Shown: one piece after another, positions 10,769-20,900 of the stretch | Numbering within the stretch: position 1 is the first letter of the stretch | Layout: every line of letters starts with the position of its first letter | NCBI GenBank assembly: GCA_965248195.1 | Contig: CBDFIQ010000002.1 | Location: 2,912,001 to 2,976,000 of the forward strand | Direction: 5' to 3' | Length of the DNA: 64,000 nt | Source of the DNA: Longimicrobiales bacterium | GTDB lineage: Bacteria > Gemmatimonadota > Gemmatimonadetes > Longimicrobiales > Gaopeijiaceae | Notes under the pieces: model-generated | The model's database searches: none | What the model was told of the DNA's origin: nothing | The model's input: the letters and a program-made list of their open reading frames with translations, nothing else | Translations under genes and position numbers: made by a program

Positions 10769-11793
10769 CACCCGCCCCGCGTGTGCATCTCCCGGTGTGG
10801 ATCTTCGCGCAGATCTTCGATCTGATGGAGAGGGCCTCGGGAGCCCAGCGCCTGTCTATCCTCGGCCCCACGGTCGGTACGATTCGTCCACCCCCGGACG
10901 ATCAGCGACCTGATCTCATCTTGGGAGGCCCGCTCTCGGAGAGGCCTCCGAAGGTCGATCCCGTCGGCCGCGTACAGACACAGGAACCACATCCCATCCG
11001 CAGTGAGCCGGCTCCGGTCGCAGGCGCTGCAGAACGGCTCGGTTGTCGAGGCGATGATGCCGAAGGTCGTCCCGTCCGTTAGCCCAAAGCGGTCCGCCGG
11101 AGCCGAGCCATTCTCGCGGAGCGGCTCGATCGCCCCATAGTGCCTCTCCAACAGGCTCAGAATCTCCCTCCTCGAAACGACCCGATCCATCGACCACCGC
11201 GTGGCTCCGCCCACGTCCATGTACTCGATGAACCGGACTTCTGCGCCCCTATCCCTACCGAAGTCGATCATGTCCGTGAGTTCGTCGTCGTTGAACCCGC
11301 GCATGACAACGGTATTGATCTTGAGGGGTTTCAGCCCGCTTTCCGCGGCGGCATCGATACCTTCGAGCACCTGGGCGAGACGGTCGCGGCGCGTCAGTTG
11401 CTTGAACCGCTCCGGCCGTAGCGTATCCAGGCTCACGGTGACGCGGTCTAGTCCTGCGCTCCGGAGTGACTCCGCCTGCTGCGCCAGTAACACCCCGTTG
11501 GTGGTCATGCTCAGGTCACGAAGGTCCGGGTTCGCCGCCAGCCGCTCCACCACATCCGCCGCTTCGCGGCGGAGCAGCGGCTCGCCGCCCGTGAGCCTCA
11601 CCTTGTCCACCCCCAACTCGCTGAAGACATTGACGAGATCGCCGATCTGTTCGACGGTGAGGATGTCTTCGCGGGGCAGCCAGACATACTCCTCCTCGGG
11701 CATACAGTACTGGCAACGCAGGTTGCATTTGTCGATCAGTGAGACCCGGAGGCTCTTAAGAGGCCGGCCGAACGTGTCTGGCACTGTGCGCAT
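10768..11793 (-). CDS. moaA: GTP 3',8-cyclase MoaA
   Basis: DTFGRPLKSLRVSL, CNLRCQYC, RLTGGEP, FCSACDRSRL...LCL, C-terminal MHTRGG; ATG after AAGGA. Confidence 0.95.
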   Translation of the reverse strand: MRTVPDTFGRPLKSLRVSLIDKCNLRCQYCMPEEEYVWLPREDILTVEQIGDLVNVFSELGVDKVRLTGGEPLLRREAADVVERLAANPDLRDLSMTTNGVLLAQQAESLRSAGLDRVTVSLDTLRPERFKQLTRRDRLAQVLEGIDAAAESGLKPLKINTVVMRGFNDDELTDMIDFGRDRGAEVRFIEYMDVGGATRWSMDRVVSRREILSLLERHYGAIEPLRENGSAPADRFGLTDGTTFGIIASTTEPFCSACDRSRLTADGMWFLCLYAADGIDLRRPLRERASQDEIRSLIVRGWTNRTDRGAEDRQALGSRGPLHQIEDLREDPHREMHTRGG

Positions 11794-12029
11794 TTTCCTT
11801 GGTCTCAACTTCCCGAGGGACGGGGCAGGGCTACGTGGGCCGCCGCGATCAGTTTCCTGGGGTCTTAACCTATACATTCAGATACCAACATGTGGCATCG
11901 AGAATCAGCCGCGAGTATCCTGGCCCGCCCATGCCCCCACTGAGGTCACGTTCGGTCTCCGCCCAAGACGTGAGTTCGACTCTGGTCTCTGTCAACATCG
12001 GCAGCGGGGAGTACCGTTAGCTTACAGTC

Positions 12030-12233
12030 ATGGATTTGACGCCTGAGGAGCAACCCGTCGTCCGTCGTGCTGTGGCGGCGTACCACGAGATGAAGAAGCG
12101 GCACAAGGGGCCTTTCAGAGGGACGACTGCCAACGAGATTCTCGAAGAATTGAAGCCGTCCCTAGTTCGTTGGACTGAACTCGCCGCGTTCGTGATCGAA
12201 AGGGCAAAAGGACCCACACTGAGGAATCGCTAA
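12030..12233 (+). CDS. Small hypothetical protein
   Basis: 67 aa ATG-started ORF with protein-like composition filling an intergenic gap; no family recognised. Confidence 0.4.
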   Translation: MDLTPEEQPVVRRAVAAYHEMKKRHKGPFRGTTANEILEELKPSLVRWTELAAFVIERAKGPTLRNR

Positions 12234-12328
12234 CTTGGCGCGCCAGCTCACGCCGCTGGTCGCCATAGTGGTCAGACATGAGAATCGCGATTCGTTGGGT
12301 GCACCCTCTTGGGAATGGGCATGAATCT

Positions 12329-12649
12329 ATGATAAGGATGCCGAGTGCCCGTTTTTCGGTCGGTGACGTAGTGCACCACAAGCTGTTCGATTACCGAGGT
12401 GTAATCGTCGATGTCGATACGCACTTTCAAGGAACCGAAGAATGGTACGAAGCCGTGGCGCGTTCGAGACCACCCAAGCACCGTCCTTGGTATCACGTAT
12501 TGCCTCACGGAGCCCAACATCAAACGTATGTATCCGAACGAAACCTCGAACCAGATCACAGCGGCCTGCCCATTCAAAATCCCTTAGTGGAGCGCTACTT
12601 CACTGATTTCAGCAACGGGCGGTACGTCAATGATGTTCAGTTCCATTAG
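12329..12649 (+). CDS. hspQ: Heat shock protein HspQ (YccV-like)
   Basis: FSVGDVVHHKLFDYRGVIVDVD...PWYHVL...TYVSERNL. Confidence 0.9.
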   Translation: MIRMPSARFSVGDVVHHKLFDYRGVIVDVDTHFQGTEEWYEAVARSRPPKHRPWYHVLPHGAQHQTYVSERNLEPDHSGLPIQNPLVERYFTDFSNGRYVNDVQFH

Positions 12650-12941
12650 GGATCACGCCGTCTTACCGATCCGTCGAGCAGCTCGCGAGTGGATCCCCAA
12701 TACGATGACCCCGGGATTCGTGTGCCGAGGCGCCGAGTTCCACTTCGTGGGCGTGATCTTCGTCGTCCGACAGTTCCGGGAATACCTGCGACTGAGGCCG
12801 GCTCGGTTCATCGGCCAGGACGGAGGGCTGCGGCGGGAGTAGGGTGCCGGGTGAGCCCGACCTCGATCCGCTGGAACTGGTGCCGAGGGTCGACGGTTGG
12901 GAACCTGCAAGAGCTGAACGTACTCGGCTAGCGGGGGACGC

Positions 12942-13625
12942 GTGACCAAAAGATCCAATCCGAGGAACCGGCTGTCGGTCCTCATGGGAATCGCACTGGT
13001 CTCGGGTGCCTGCTCGGATAGCGGCGATGCGCCCACCGGGCCCGTCGCCAGGCAGCCGGAGGCCATCGAGCTCGCCGTCCGTGTGCACCTCGTGCAGTCC
13101 GACCAGCTGGACGCGCTGAACGTTCGCCTGAGCGAGACAGAAGTCGCCCAGCTCATGACCGCCGTGAACGAGACGTGGGCGCAGGCCGGGATCGTCTGGA
13201 GCGTGGAGAGCATCGTCCGGGAGGATGCCCGGAACGAGTTCTTGTTCCGTCGTGCCCTGACAGATCCCACCGTGAGCCCGATCTCCGTCCTCACCTCCGT
13301 CCTCACATCGGAGAACCTGGGGCCCGACATCTGGAACGTCTTTATGATCCGGGATTTCGGGGGCGGAGTTGGAGGCGTGTATCTAGGGATCGAGGGGGTG
13401 GTGGTCTCCACGGAGATCGATCCCGGCGGACTGCGTGACATTGACGGAGGCATGGCGCGCATCCTTGCCCATGAGCTCGGTCACTCCCTGGGCTTGGTTC
13501 ACGTGCCGTGCATGGCCCAAGGCAACCTCATGGCGGCTGGATGCACCCTGGGCTCACGTACGTTCCTCGACGCGACCCAGATCACGGGTGTTCGGCGGCA
13601 GGCGGAGACGGGAAGACCGTTCTAG
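12942..13625 (+). CDS. Lipoprotein zinc metallopeptidase (metzincin-like)
   Basis: Lipobox VSGAC; HELGHSLGLVH zinc motif followed by an NLM Met-turn. Confidence 0.8.
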   Translation: MTKRSNPRNRLSVLMGIALVSGACSDSGDAPTGPVARQPEAIELAVRVHLVQSDQLDALNVRLSETEVAQLMTAVNETWAQAGIVWSVESIVREDARNEFLFRRALTDPTVSPISVLTSVLTSENLGPDIWNVFMIRDFGGGVGGVYLGIEGVVVSTEIDPGGLRDIDGGMARILAHELGHSLGLVHVPCMAQGNLMAAGCTLGSRTFLDATQITGVRRQAETGRPF

Positions 13626-13634
13626 GTCGGAAGC

Positions 13635-14399
13635 CTATCCCTCCCCCGACCCGGCGCTCCGCGCCAGCCACCAAGTGTCGACCACGAACGAGTAGACGAG
13701 GAGGAGCAGGGCCGAGGCCGCGAGCGCGGTGGCGGGCGCCGCCCGGGTCACTGGGGCCAGGCAGATCACGAGCACGATCCCCTGCACCACGCAAACCACC
13801 TTCCGCCGCCGGCTGGGCGGCAGAGCCCCACGGAGCGGTGGCCACAGCAGGCCCCCGAGCACGAAGACGTACCGCAGCCCACCGACGAGCAGGACCCAGG
13901 ATCCCACGCTCCCGCTCCACCAGACCAACACGGACAGCACCAGGAGCAGGAACGCGTCCAGCTCCATGTCGAAGCGGGCCCCGAAGGCGCTCTCCGTGCC
14001 GGTTCGCCGCGCGAGGAGTCCGTCGAGCCCGTCCAGCACCAGCGCCATAGTGGACAGCCCCACCATCCACCAGTAGCTCGCTCCCGTGAACACGCCGGGC
14101 AAAAGAGCCAGCACCGCAAGAGGCAGCACGAGGGCGGCGCGGGCCAGCGTCAGCCGGTTGGCGGGCCCGAGGCCGGGGCCGGGGTGGGAGGGTGGCAGCT
14201 TCGCGAGCAGTAGCGCGCCCAGCGCGGCGTATAGTCCGACGGCGAGAAGCACGTGGCTGGTCGAAAGGGCCAGCATCCAACAAGTTGCGAGGGACACGGC
14301 CAGGAGGGGTAGGAGCCCCAACACCACATCGCGCAGCGGCGACGAGGGTCTCTCCCCGGAAGTGGGAGGCGGAGGTTGCGTCCACGTGGTCTGACTCAT
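13635..14399 (-). CDS. CDP-alcohol phosphatidyltransferase family protein
   Basis: ANRLT and DGLDGLLARRTGTESAFGARFDMELD signature; multiple TM helices. Confidence 0.9.
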   Translation of the reverse strand: MSQTTWTQPPPPTSGERPSSPLRDVVLGLLPLLAVSLATCWMLALSTSHVLLAVGLYAALGALLLAKLPPSHPGPGLGPANRLTLARAALVLPLAVLALLPGVFTGASYWWMVGLSTMALVLDGLDGLLARRTGTESAFGARFDMELDAFLLLVLSVLVWWSGSVGSWVLLVGGLRYVFVLGGLLWPPLRGALPPSRRRKVVCVVQGIVLVICLAPVTRAAPATALAASALLLLVYSFVVDTWWLARSAGSGEG

Positions 14400-14435
14400 G
14401 GGACCGACATTAACTTCGGAGGAACGAGAACGCTC

Positions 14436-15428
14436 GTGCCGAGGACCACTCGCCAGTTCTGGATCCGAGCTCCGGGCCGCGGAGAGATGGTCACGTCCCC
14501 ACTCGGTCCCCGGGGGCCGGACCATGTGCTCGTGCGCGCCCTCTATTCCGGCATCAGCCGAGGCACGGAATCGCTCGTCTTTCGGGGCGAGGTGCCGCCG
14601 TCCCAGCACCAGGTGATGCGGGCGCCGTTCCAGGAGGGCGCCTTTCCCGGACCCGTCAAATATGGCTACAGCAGCGTGGGCGAAGTACTGGAAGCGCCGG
14701 CCCAGCCCGAGCCCTCGCTCGTCGGGCGGCACGTCTTCTGCCTCCACCCTCACCAGGACCTCTATCTGGTGCCGGCTCGGGCCGTGTGCGTCCTGCCGGA
14801 CGGCCTACCCCCCGAGCGCGCCGTCCTCGGCGCGAACATGGAGACCGCGCTCAACGCGGTGTGGGACGCTCGACCGTCGGCTGGTGACCGCATCGTCGTG
14901 ATCGGGGGCGGGGCCGTGGGACTCCTCGTCGCCTGGTTATGCCGGCAGATTCCCGCAGCTCGGGTGAGCCTGGTGGACGTCGACCCCTCCCGAGAGGGTG
15001 TTGCCCGGAGCCTGGGGCTGGAATTCGCCGATAGCGCCCCGGCCGGAGCGGACGCCGATTTCGTCTTCCACGCGAGCGGAAGCCCGGAGGGGCTCGAAGC
15101 CGCCCTGTCGGTGGCGGGCGTCGAGGCCGCGGTGGTCGAGCTGAGTTGGTACGGCACCCAGTCCGTCCCCCTCCCCCTGGGAGAGGCCTTCCACTCCCGC
15201 CGGCTCACCCTCCGGAGCAGCCAGGTGGGCCGCATCCCCGTGGACCGGGCTCCACGCTGGGATCACGCCCGCCGACTCGGCGTCGCGCTCGATCTCCTTT
15301 GCGACGAGCGGCTCGACCTCCTCATCTCGGGAGAGAGCGACTTCGAGACGCTCCCGGAGGTGATGGGCCGCCTCGCCGAAGACGGGCGGGGGGTCCTGTG
15401 TCACCGCATCCGCTACGAACAACGCTGA
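14436..15428 (+). CDS. Zinc-binding alcohol dehydrogenase family protein
   Basis: SGISRGTE, GYSSVG, IGGGAVG Rossmann motif, ELSWYG; GTG after GGAGG. Confidence 0.85.
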   Translation: MPRTTRQFWIRAPGRGEMVTSPLGPRGPDHVLVRALYSGISRGTESLVFRGEVPPSQHQVMRAPFQEGAFPGPVKYGYSSVGEVLEAPAQPEPSLVGRHVFCLHPHQDLYLVPARAVCVLPDGLPPERAVLGANMETALNAVWDARPSAGDRIVVIGGGAVGLLVAWLCRQIPAARVSLVDVDPSREGVARSLGLEFADSAPAGADADFVFHASGSPEGLEAALSVAGVEAAVVELSWYGTQSVPLPLGEAFHSRRLTLRSSQVGRIPVDRAPRWDHARRLGVALDLLCDERLDLLISGESDFETLPEVMGRLAEDGRGVLCHRIRYEQR

Positions 15429-15461
15429 CCGCGGCCCCGAGCCGCCTGGAGACAGCACCTA

Positions 15462-15860
15462 ATGTACAGCCTGAACGTTCGTGATCACTTCATGATCGCC
15501 CACAGCTTCCGGGGCAAGATCTTTGGACCGGCGCAGCGGCTCCACGGAGCTACCTACGTGGTCGACGCCACCTTCCGGCGCGATCCGCTCGACTCCGACG
15601 GCCTGGTCGTCGACATCGGACTCGCCAGCGCGGCCCTGAAGGAGGTCCTCGGGGAGCTCGACTTCCGGAATCTGGACGACGAGGCCGCCTTCACGGGGCA
15701 GAACACAACGACCGAGTTCCTGGCGCGCACCGTTTTCGACCGGCTCGTGGTGGCGATCCGGGACGGTCGCCTCGGCGACGAAGCGCGAGGGCTCCAGGAA
15801 CTGAGCGTGACGCTCCACGAGTCGCACGTGGCCTGGGCGTCGTTCGAAGGGTCGGTTTGA
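15462..15860 (+). CDS. 6-pyruvoyl-tetrahydropterin synthase family protein (atypical COG0720, no catalytic Cys)
   Basis: AHSF...[25 protein letters not shown]-fold PTPS motifs without the QueD CxxxHGH. Confidence 0.85.
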   Translation: MYSLNVRDHFMIAHSFRGKIFGPAQRLHGATYVVDATFRRDPLDSDGLVVDIGLASAALKEVLGELDFRNLDDEAAFTGQNTTTEFLARTVFDRLVVAIRDGRLGDEARGLQELSVTLHESHVAWASFEGSV

Positions 15861-16930
15861 GCGAGCGGGAGCTCCATTTCATCGTTCCGGGGCCGCTCGA
15901 CCAGCGGACCGGCGGCTCCCTCTACGACGCCCGGATCGTCGAGGGCCTGACGGCGTTGGGCTGGACGGTGATCGCCCATGGGCTCGACGGCAGCTTCCCT
16001 GAGGGCGACGCGTGCGCGGAGTCCAGCCTCGCCCGCACCCTCGTGGGGATCGCCCAAGGCACCCGGGTGGTCCTGGACGGTCTCGCTATGAGCCCCCTTC
16101 CCAACCCTCTCCGGGCGCACCGAGACCGCCTGCGGCTGACCGCCCTAATTCACCATCCTCTTGCCGACGAGACGGGGTTGGAGGCCGCCGAGCGAGCGCG
16201 CCTCGCCCGATTGGAGAGGGAGTCTCTGGCGCAGTGCACCGGGGCGGTCGTGACGAGCGCGTTCACCGCGCGCCGGCTCGGGGCGTACGGCGTCCCGGCC
16301 TCGCACGTCCGCGTCGTACCGCCCGGGACGGAAAAGGCGCAGGCCGCGGTGGGCCCCGGGGCCGGCGAGCCTCCCCGCCTGCTATGCGTGGGCTCGGTGA
16401 GCCCCCGAAAAGGACAGGACCTGTTGGTGCGCGCCCTCGCCCGCATCCCCACCTTCCCCTGGAGCTGCCTTTGCGCGGGGAGCCTGACGCGAGCGCCGGA
16501 ATTCGCCGACTCGGTGCTGGGGCTGGCGCGAGCGCTGGGTCTGGAGGATCGGATCGACTTCCCCGGCGAGCTCGGCGCCCCGGAGCTCGACACGCTCTAT
16601 CACTCCGCTTCGATCTTCGTGCTTGCGACCCACTACGAGGGCTACGGCATGGTGCTGGCTGAGGCCCTCGCCCGCGGCCTCCCGGTCGTGAGCACGCGCG
16701 GAGGAGCGGTTCCGGATACCGTGCCCCCCGAGGCCTGCGTGCTCGTGCCCCCCGGAGACGAGCGGGCCCTGGCAGCCGCGCTGCGGGAGCTCCTTTCGGG
16801 CTCGGCGGGGGCCGCGCGGCGAGCCCGGCTCGCGGAGGGATCGCTCCGCCACGGCCGCTCCCTCCCCACCTGGGGCGACGCGGCGCTGGCCTTCGAGAGC
16901 GCCGTTCGGGAGCTCTCTCCGGATGGGTGA
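15857..16930 (+). CDS. Glycosyltransferase family 4
   Basis: [35 protein letters not shown]. Confidence 0.9.
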   Translation: MSERELHFIVPGPLDQRTGGSLYDARIVEGLTALGWTVIAHGLDGSFPEGDACAESSLARTLVGIAQGTRVVLDGLAMSPLPNPLRAHRDRLRLTALIHHPLADETGLEAAERARLARLERESLAQCTGAVVTSAFTARRLGAYGVPASHVRVVPPGTEKAQAAVGPGAGEPPRLLCVGSVSPRKGQDLLVRALARIPTFPWSCLCAGSLTRAPEFADSVLGLARALGLEDRIDFPGELGAPELDTLYHSASIFVLATHYEGYGMVLAEALARGLPVVSTRGGAVPDTVPPEACVLVPPGDERALAAALRELLSGSAGAARRARLAEGSLRHGRSLPTWGDAALAFESAVRELSPDG

Positions 16931-17744
16931 GGAGATCTTCACTCTCGACTGGCTGGCCCTGCGCGAGCCGGTGGATCACCGCTCCCGCGCTGCCGATCTC
17001 ATGGCCCCCCTCGCCGAGTGGTGGGGGGGCCGTCCGAGCCAGCGGGTGCTCGACCTGGGCAGTGGTACCGGATCCAACCTCCGCTACCTCGCGCCCCGGC
17101 TCCCGGGAAAGCAGGAGTGGACGTTGGTGGACAGAAACGCCGCTCTGCTCGACCAGGCGACGGGCGCCGCCGTCGCCGTCGCCGGGGTGGCTCGGGTGAA
17201 GTGCGTCCCCGGCGAGCTGGACCGGGCGGGGTTGGGGCTCGTCCCCGAAGCCGACCTCGTGACGGCCTCGGCGCTGCTGGACCTGGTGACCCACGAGTGG
17301 TTGGAGCAGCTCGTCGCGACGTGCCGGGCGGCCGGGAACGCGGCCCTGTTTACGCTCACCTGGGACGGCACGATGACCTGGGATGACCCCGACCCCGACG
17401 ACGCGCTTGTCGCCGAGGCGGTTCGGATCCATCAGCTCCGGGACAAAGGAATGGGGCCGGCGCTCGGACCGGCGGCCGGGCCGGCGGCGGAGCGCGCGTT
17501 CCGAGTGGCCGGATATCACACCTGGCTCCAGCCGAGCCCCTGGCGCCTGGGCGCCGCCGACGGTTCGCTGGCTCGCGCGCTAATCGACGGGTGGGGGGCA
17601 GCTGCTTCGGAGCAGCGCCCCGAGAACGCCCCGCTCATCCGGGGTTGGGCGGAGCGCCGGCGCGCCACGGCCGCCCCGGGGTTCGGGCTCGAGGTGGGAC
17701 ACGTGGACCTGCTGGCCCTCCCCCCGAGCCCAAGCGCTCCGTGA
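16923..17744 (+). CDS. Class I SAM-dependent methyltransferase
   Basis: WLALREPVD, VLDLGSGTGSN, VTASALLDL. Confidence 0.85.
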   Translation: MGEEIFTLDWLALREPVDHRSRAADLMAPLAEWWGGRPSQRVLDLGSGTGSNLRYLAPRLPGKQEWTLVDRNAALLDQATGAAVAVAGVARVKCVPGELDRAGLGLVPEADLVTASALLDLVTHEWLEQLVATCRAAGNAALFTLTWDGTMTWDDPDPDDALVAEAVRIHQLRDKGMGPALGPAAGPAAERAFRVAGYHTWLQPSPWRLGAADGSLARALIDGWGAAASEQRPENAPLIRGWAERRRATAAPGFGLEVGHVDLLALPPSPSAP

Positions 17745-17838
17745 TCCGCGGTCTCCTCCGTACCGGGGTGAGCCACGATCTCGGCCGCATACGGGATCCT
17801 GGTGCTGCCGTCGAACCTTCCGGGAGCCCTTGTCCTGC

Positions 17839-18720
17839 TCAGCTCAGGTCGAGATCGAAGAGGAGGTCGTCTCCCAGGGGTACGTGACGGCACCGAGCGC
17901 GCAGCGACTGGTCCGGGGTCTCAATCGGCGGAAGGGTGATCCCCGGACGGCCCGAGCCCATCAACATAGGCGCGACGGTCAGGTGGAGTCGGTCGAGGAG
18001 GCCGGCCTCGAGGAACCTCGACACCGTGACCCCTCCACCCTCCACCAGCACCCGCCGAAGCCCGCCGGCACGGAGCGCTTCCAGCACGGCCCCCGGCTCG
18101 AAGCCCTCGGGGCCGGAGGCGAGAAGTGTGAGGACTTCCGGCCCATCCCCCGGCGTCCGGACCGGGCCCGCAGGAGCCGCGGTGCGGCGCACCACGAGCG
18201 TCCGGGCCGCTCGGTCCGAGAACACCCGACGGTCCTGACCGAGGCGACCATCCGGATCGAGCACCACGCGGACCGGATTCTCCCCCTCCACCTCCCGCAC
18301 CGTGAGCCCCGGATCGTCCAGCGCCACGGTGCTGGCCCCCACGATCACGGCGTCGACCAGAGCCCGAAGTCGGTGGAGGCGGCGGATGTCCTCCGGTCCG
18401 GTGATGTAGTGGGACTTCCCGCTCACCGTCGCGATGCGGCCGTCCAGGCTCTGGCCGAGCTGCCCGATGACGAAATCGGATCCGCGGGTGAGCGGCAGAT
18501 AGAGGTCAAGCAGATCTCGAGCCGCGGGCGTGGGCGGAGCCGAGGCCTCCCAGGCGCCGGACTCGCTCAGCTCGAGCCAGAGGTCGGGGCGCGAGAGAGA
18601 AGCCACGCGACGAGGCCCGGGCTCGAGCACCGCTCGCGGAACGGCGGCGCGCACCAGCGCCCAGGCCGCGTCTTCGTCGAGCGCCGCGGTTTCGTCGAGC
18701 CGGGCGTCGTCCTCAGCCAA
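17839..18720 (-). CDS. RibD C-terminal (pyrimidine reductase) family protein
   Basis: GQSLDGRIA, HRLRALVDAVIVG, DDPGLTVR, LVEGGG; no deaminase domain. Confidence 0.9.
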   Translation of the reverse strand: MAEDDARLDETAALDEDAAWALVRAAVPRAVLEPGPRRVASLSRPDLWLELSESGAWEASAPPTPAARDLLDLYLPLTRGSDFVIGQLGQSLDGRIATVSGKSHYITGPEDIRRLHRLRALVDAVIVGASTVALDDPGLTVREVEGENPVRVVLDPDGRLGQDRRVFSDRAARTLVVRRTAAPAGPVRTPGDGPEVLTLLASGPEGFEPGAVLEALRAGGLRRVLVEGGGVTVSRFLEAGLLDRLHLTVAPMLMGSGRPGITLPPIETPDQSLRARCRHVPLGDDLLFDLDLS

Positions 18721-18747
18721 CCCGACCCACCGCCTTCGCGGAGCCGC

Positions 18748-19560
18748 TCACGGGCCGTCCGTCTCCAGCCGGTCCAATGGAAACGCCCGTGCGTCCTCGA
18801 TTACCTCCGCCAGGACGGCCCCGTAGTGCGACACGAACCGTGCCCCCAGATCGGCGTCGGCCAGGGTCGCGTCCCCAACGGCTCCGTCGGGGTTTAGATC
18901 GCCTGCAAGCCAAGAGAATGAGGCCGAACCCGTCGGAGCCACCCTGCGTAGGGTCTCCCCAAGCTCCTCGCCGAAGGAGCGGGCCCGAGCCCCTTCGGAC
19001 ATGCGCACCAGATCCGGTCGGAGATGCATCATCATGGCGGTCTCCACCGCCCCGCCGTGGATGCCGTGCCGCCACTCCCCCTCCGGGAGTTCCACGTCTT
19101 CCGGCGGGGGGAAACGGAACCAGCTCGCGTGCACGACCAGCATTCCCAGCTCGTCGCGAAGCCGGAGACCGGCGGTCTCCAGCGCGTGCCTGTTCCCGCC
19201 GTGGCTGTTGCTCAGTACGAGCCGCCGCACCCCGATCTGCGCGAGGGCCTCGCCCGTCGCCTCGATCAGAGCGGAGAGCTGGTCCGGCTCGAGAGAGAGC
19301 GTTCCTGGAAAGCGTGCGTGCTCTCGGCTGCAGCCGATCGCTTGCGGCGGCAGAGCCCAGGCGGGAAAGTCGTCCGGCAGCCGCCGGAACGCCTCCGAGA
19401 GCAAGCCGAGCCCAATCTCCAGGTCGGTGGAGAGGGGCAGGTGAGGTCCGTGCTGCTCGATCGCGGCGACGGGCAGGACGACCACCGGATCGCTCAGCTC
19501 GATCGCATCTGCGTCCACCGTCGTCAGCGTCTGCCACCACCGGACCGCCCCGTCAGCCAT
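18748..19560 (-). CDS. Creatininase family protein (possible formamide hydrolase)
   Basis: EQHGPHLPLSTD, SREH..FPGTLS, NSHGGN, HGGAVET. Confidence 0.9.
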   Translation of the reverse strand: MADGAVRWWQTLTTVDADAIELSDPVVVLPVAAIEQHGPHLPLSTDLEIGLGLLSEAFRRLPDDFPAWALPPQAIGCSREHARFPGTLSLEPDQLSALIEATGEALAQIGVRRLVLSNSHGGNRHALETAGLRLRDELGMLVVHASWFRFPPPEDVELPEGEWRHGIHGGAVETAMMMHLRPDLVRMSEGARARSFGEELGETLRRVAPTGSASFSWLAGDLNPDGAVGDATLADADLGARFVSHYGAVLAEVIEDARAFPLDRLETDGP

Positions 19561-20320
19561 GGTTCGAGGGCTCGGTCAGGCGGGCGTAGACGTCCCCCGA
19601 AGAAACACTCCCCCCGCCGCTCCTCAGCCAGGCGACCATCTCATCGGCCGCGAGCCACCGCTTCGACACGAATCTCCTCTCCTCTCCTTCGACCGCGTTG
19701 AACTCGTACCCACTTAGCGCCTCGAGCCTCCGCACGCACGCCTCGGCGACGTCCAGAGCCCCTGCCACGAACTCGACGGAGAGCGCGGGGATACGGTGAC
19801 TCAACCCCGCCAGCACCTCGGCTTCGTACCCCTCCACGTCGATCTTGCAGAAGCGAGGAAGGCCATATTCCTCGATCAGCGCGTCCAAGGTCGTAACCGG
19901 CACCGTAACCGAGTCGTCCCAGCGCACGCCGCTGAAGACGGGGTTCCGATGGGCCAGGGTGGTGGGCCAGTCCTCGGCCAGGGAGGACATGCTCGGTGTG
20001 CGGCGACTCAAGGCCAAGCGTGCGGTGCCGACCGCGCGCCCCACGGCCTCCGCCCGAACCGAGACGTCCCGGCTGCGCCCCACCAACAGCACGAGCCAGC
20101 GGCGCACGGCGGGCTGGGGCTCCAAGGCCACCACCCGCGCACCCAGCTTCCGAAACGCATAAGTGCGGTCCCCCAGGTGCGCCCCAACGTCGAAGGCCAG
20201 ATCCCCAGCCCCGACGAAGGGGCGGTATAGCTCCCGAAGCCCGCGCTGCCGGCCCGGCCGCCAGTAGATGATCAGCGAGCGGACCAGGCCGAGCCAACGC
20301 TCAACGCTCCGCCACACCAT
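19553..20320 (-). CDS. FkbM family methyltransferase
   Basis: FDVGAHLG, VALEP, TTLD, KIDVEGYE. Confidence 0.9.
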   Translation of the reverse strand: MVWRSVERWLGLVRSLIIYWRPGRQRGLRELYRPFVGAGDLAFDVGAHLGDRTYAFRKLGARVVALEPQPAVRRWLVLLVGRSRDVSVRAEAVGRAVGTARLALSRRTPSMSSLAEDWPTTLAHRNPVFSGVRWDDSVTVPVTTLDALIEEYGLPRFCKIDVEGYEAEVLAGLSHRIPALSVEFVAGALDVAEACVRRLEALSGYEFNAVEGEERRFVSKRWLAADEMVAWLRSGGGSVSSGDVYARLTEPSNHG

Positions 20321-20900
20321 CGGGCCCCTCCCCCGGGTCTTGTTTCGGGGGAGGTTCGGCTCTCCGGCCCCCCAGCGGAGGCCACATCCGCGACAGCGTT
20401 TCGTCCCGCAGCACCAGATGGTGCCGGAGCACCTCTGCCACGTGAACCGCCACCAGGGCCATCAGCAGGAAGGTCGAGAACCGGTGCACGAGCGACGCCC
20501 ACGAGGCGACCTCGGGCATCAGAGGCAGCAGGGTCGGCAGTCCGAGGGCGTCCATCATCTCGATCGGGAAGCCATCCCCGACGACGTGCACGTATCCGCT
20601 CCCCGCGATCACGACCAGGACCGCGTAGATGACCCAGTGCGCCGTGGTCGCGATGCGTCGCTCCAGCTCCGGGATGGCCTCCGACATCGGCGGCGCCGGG
20701 TGCGTCAGCCGCCACAGCACTCGGGCCAGCACGACCACGAGCAGTACGACGCCGAGCCCCTTGTGAAGGACGAAGAGCCGGTCGATCGACCCTTGCTCTA
20801 AGGCGGGCGCGATCATCGCGATCCCCGCCGGGATCTGCACCAGCAGGAGTAGCACGACCAACCAGTGGAAGAGCCGTGCGCCGGCGCCGAAACCGTTCAT
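20301..20900 (-). CDS. Cytochrome b561 family protein
   Basis: RLFHW, LHKGLG, AHWVIY, VH...HHLVLRD..LSRM; ATG overlaps the upstream stop. Confidence 0.85.
   Translation of the reverse strand: MNGFGAGARLFHWLVVLLLLVQIPAGIAMIAPALEQGSIDRLFVLHKGLGVVLLVVVLARVLWRLTHPAPPMSEAIPELERRIATTAHWVIYAVLVVIAGSGYVHVVGDGFPIEMMDALGLPTLLPLMPEVASWASLVHRFSTFLLMALVAVHVAEVLRHHLVLRDETLSRMWPPLGGRRAEPPPKQDPGEGPDGVAER

Noticed and set aside
11794..12029. Possible Moco riboswitch upstream of moaA
   Set aside because: No recognisable conserved Moco-motif stems or sequence by eye; an Rfam scan would settle it.
12650..12940. Short ORFs between hspQ and the metallopeptidase
   Set aside because: No frame has a convincing start, RBS or family motif; at most a decayed remnant.
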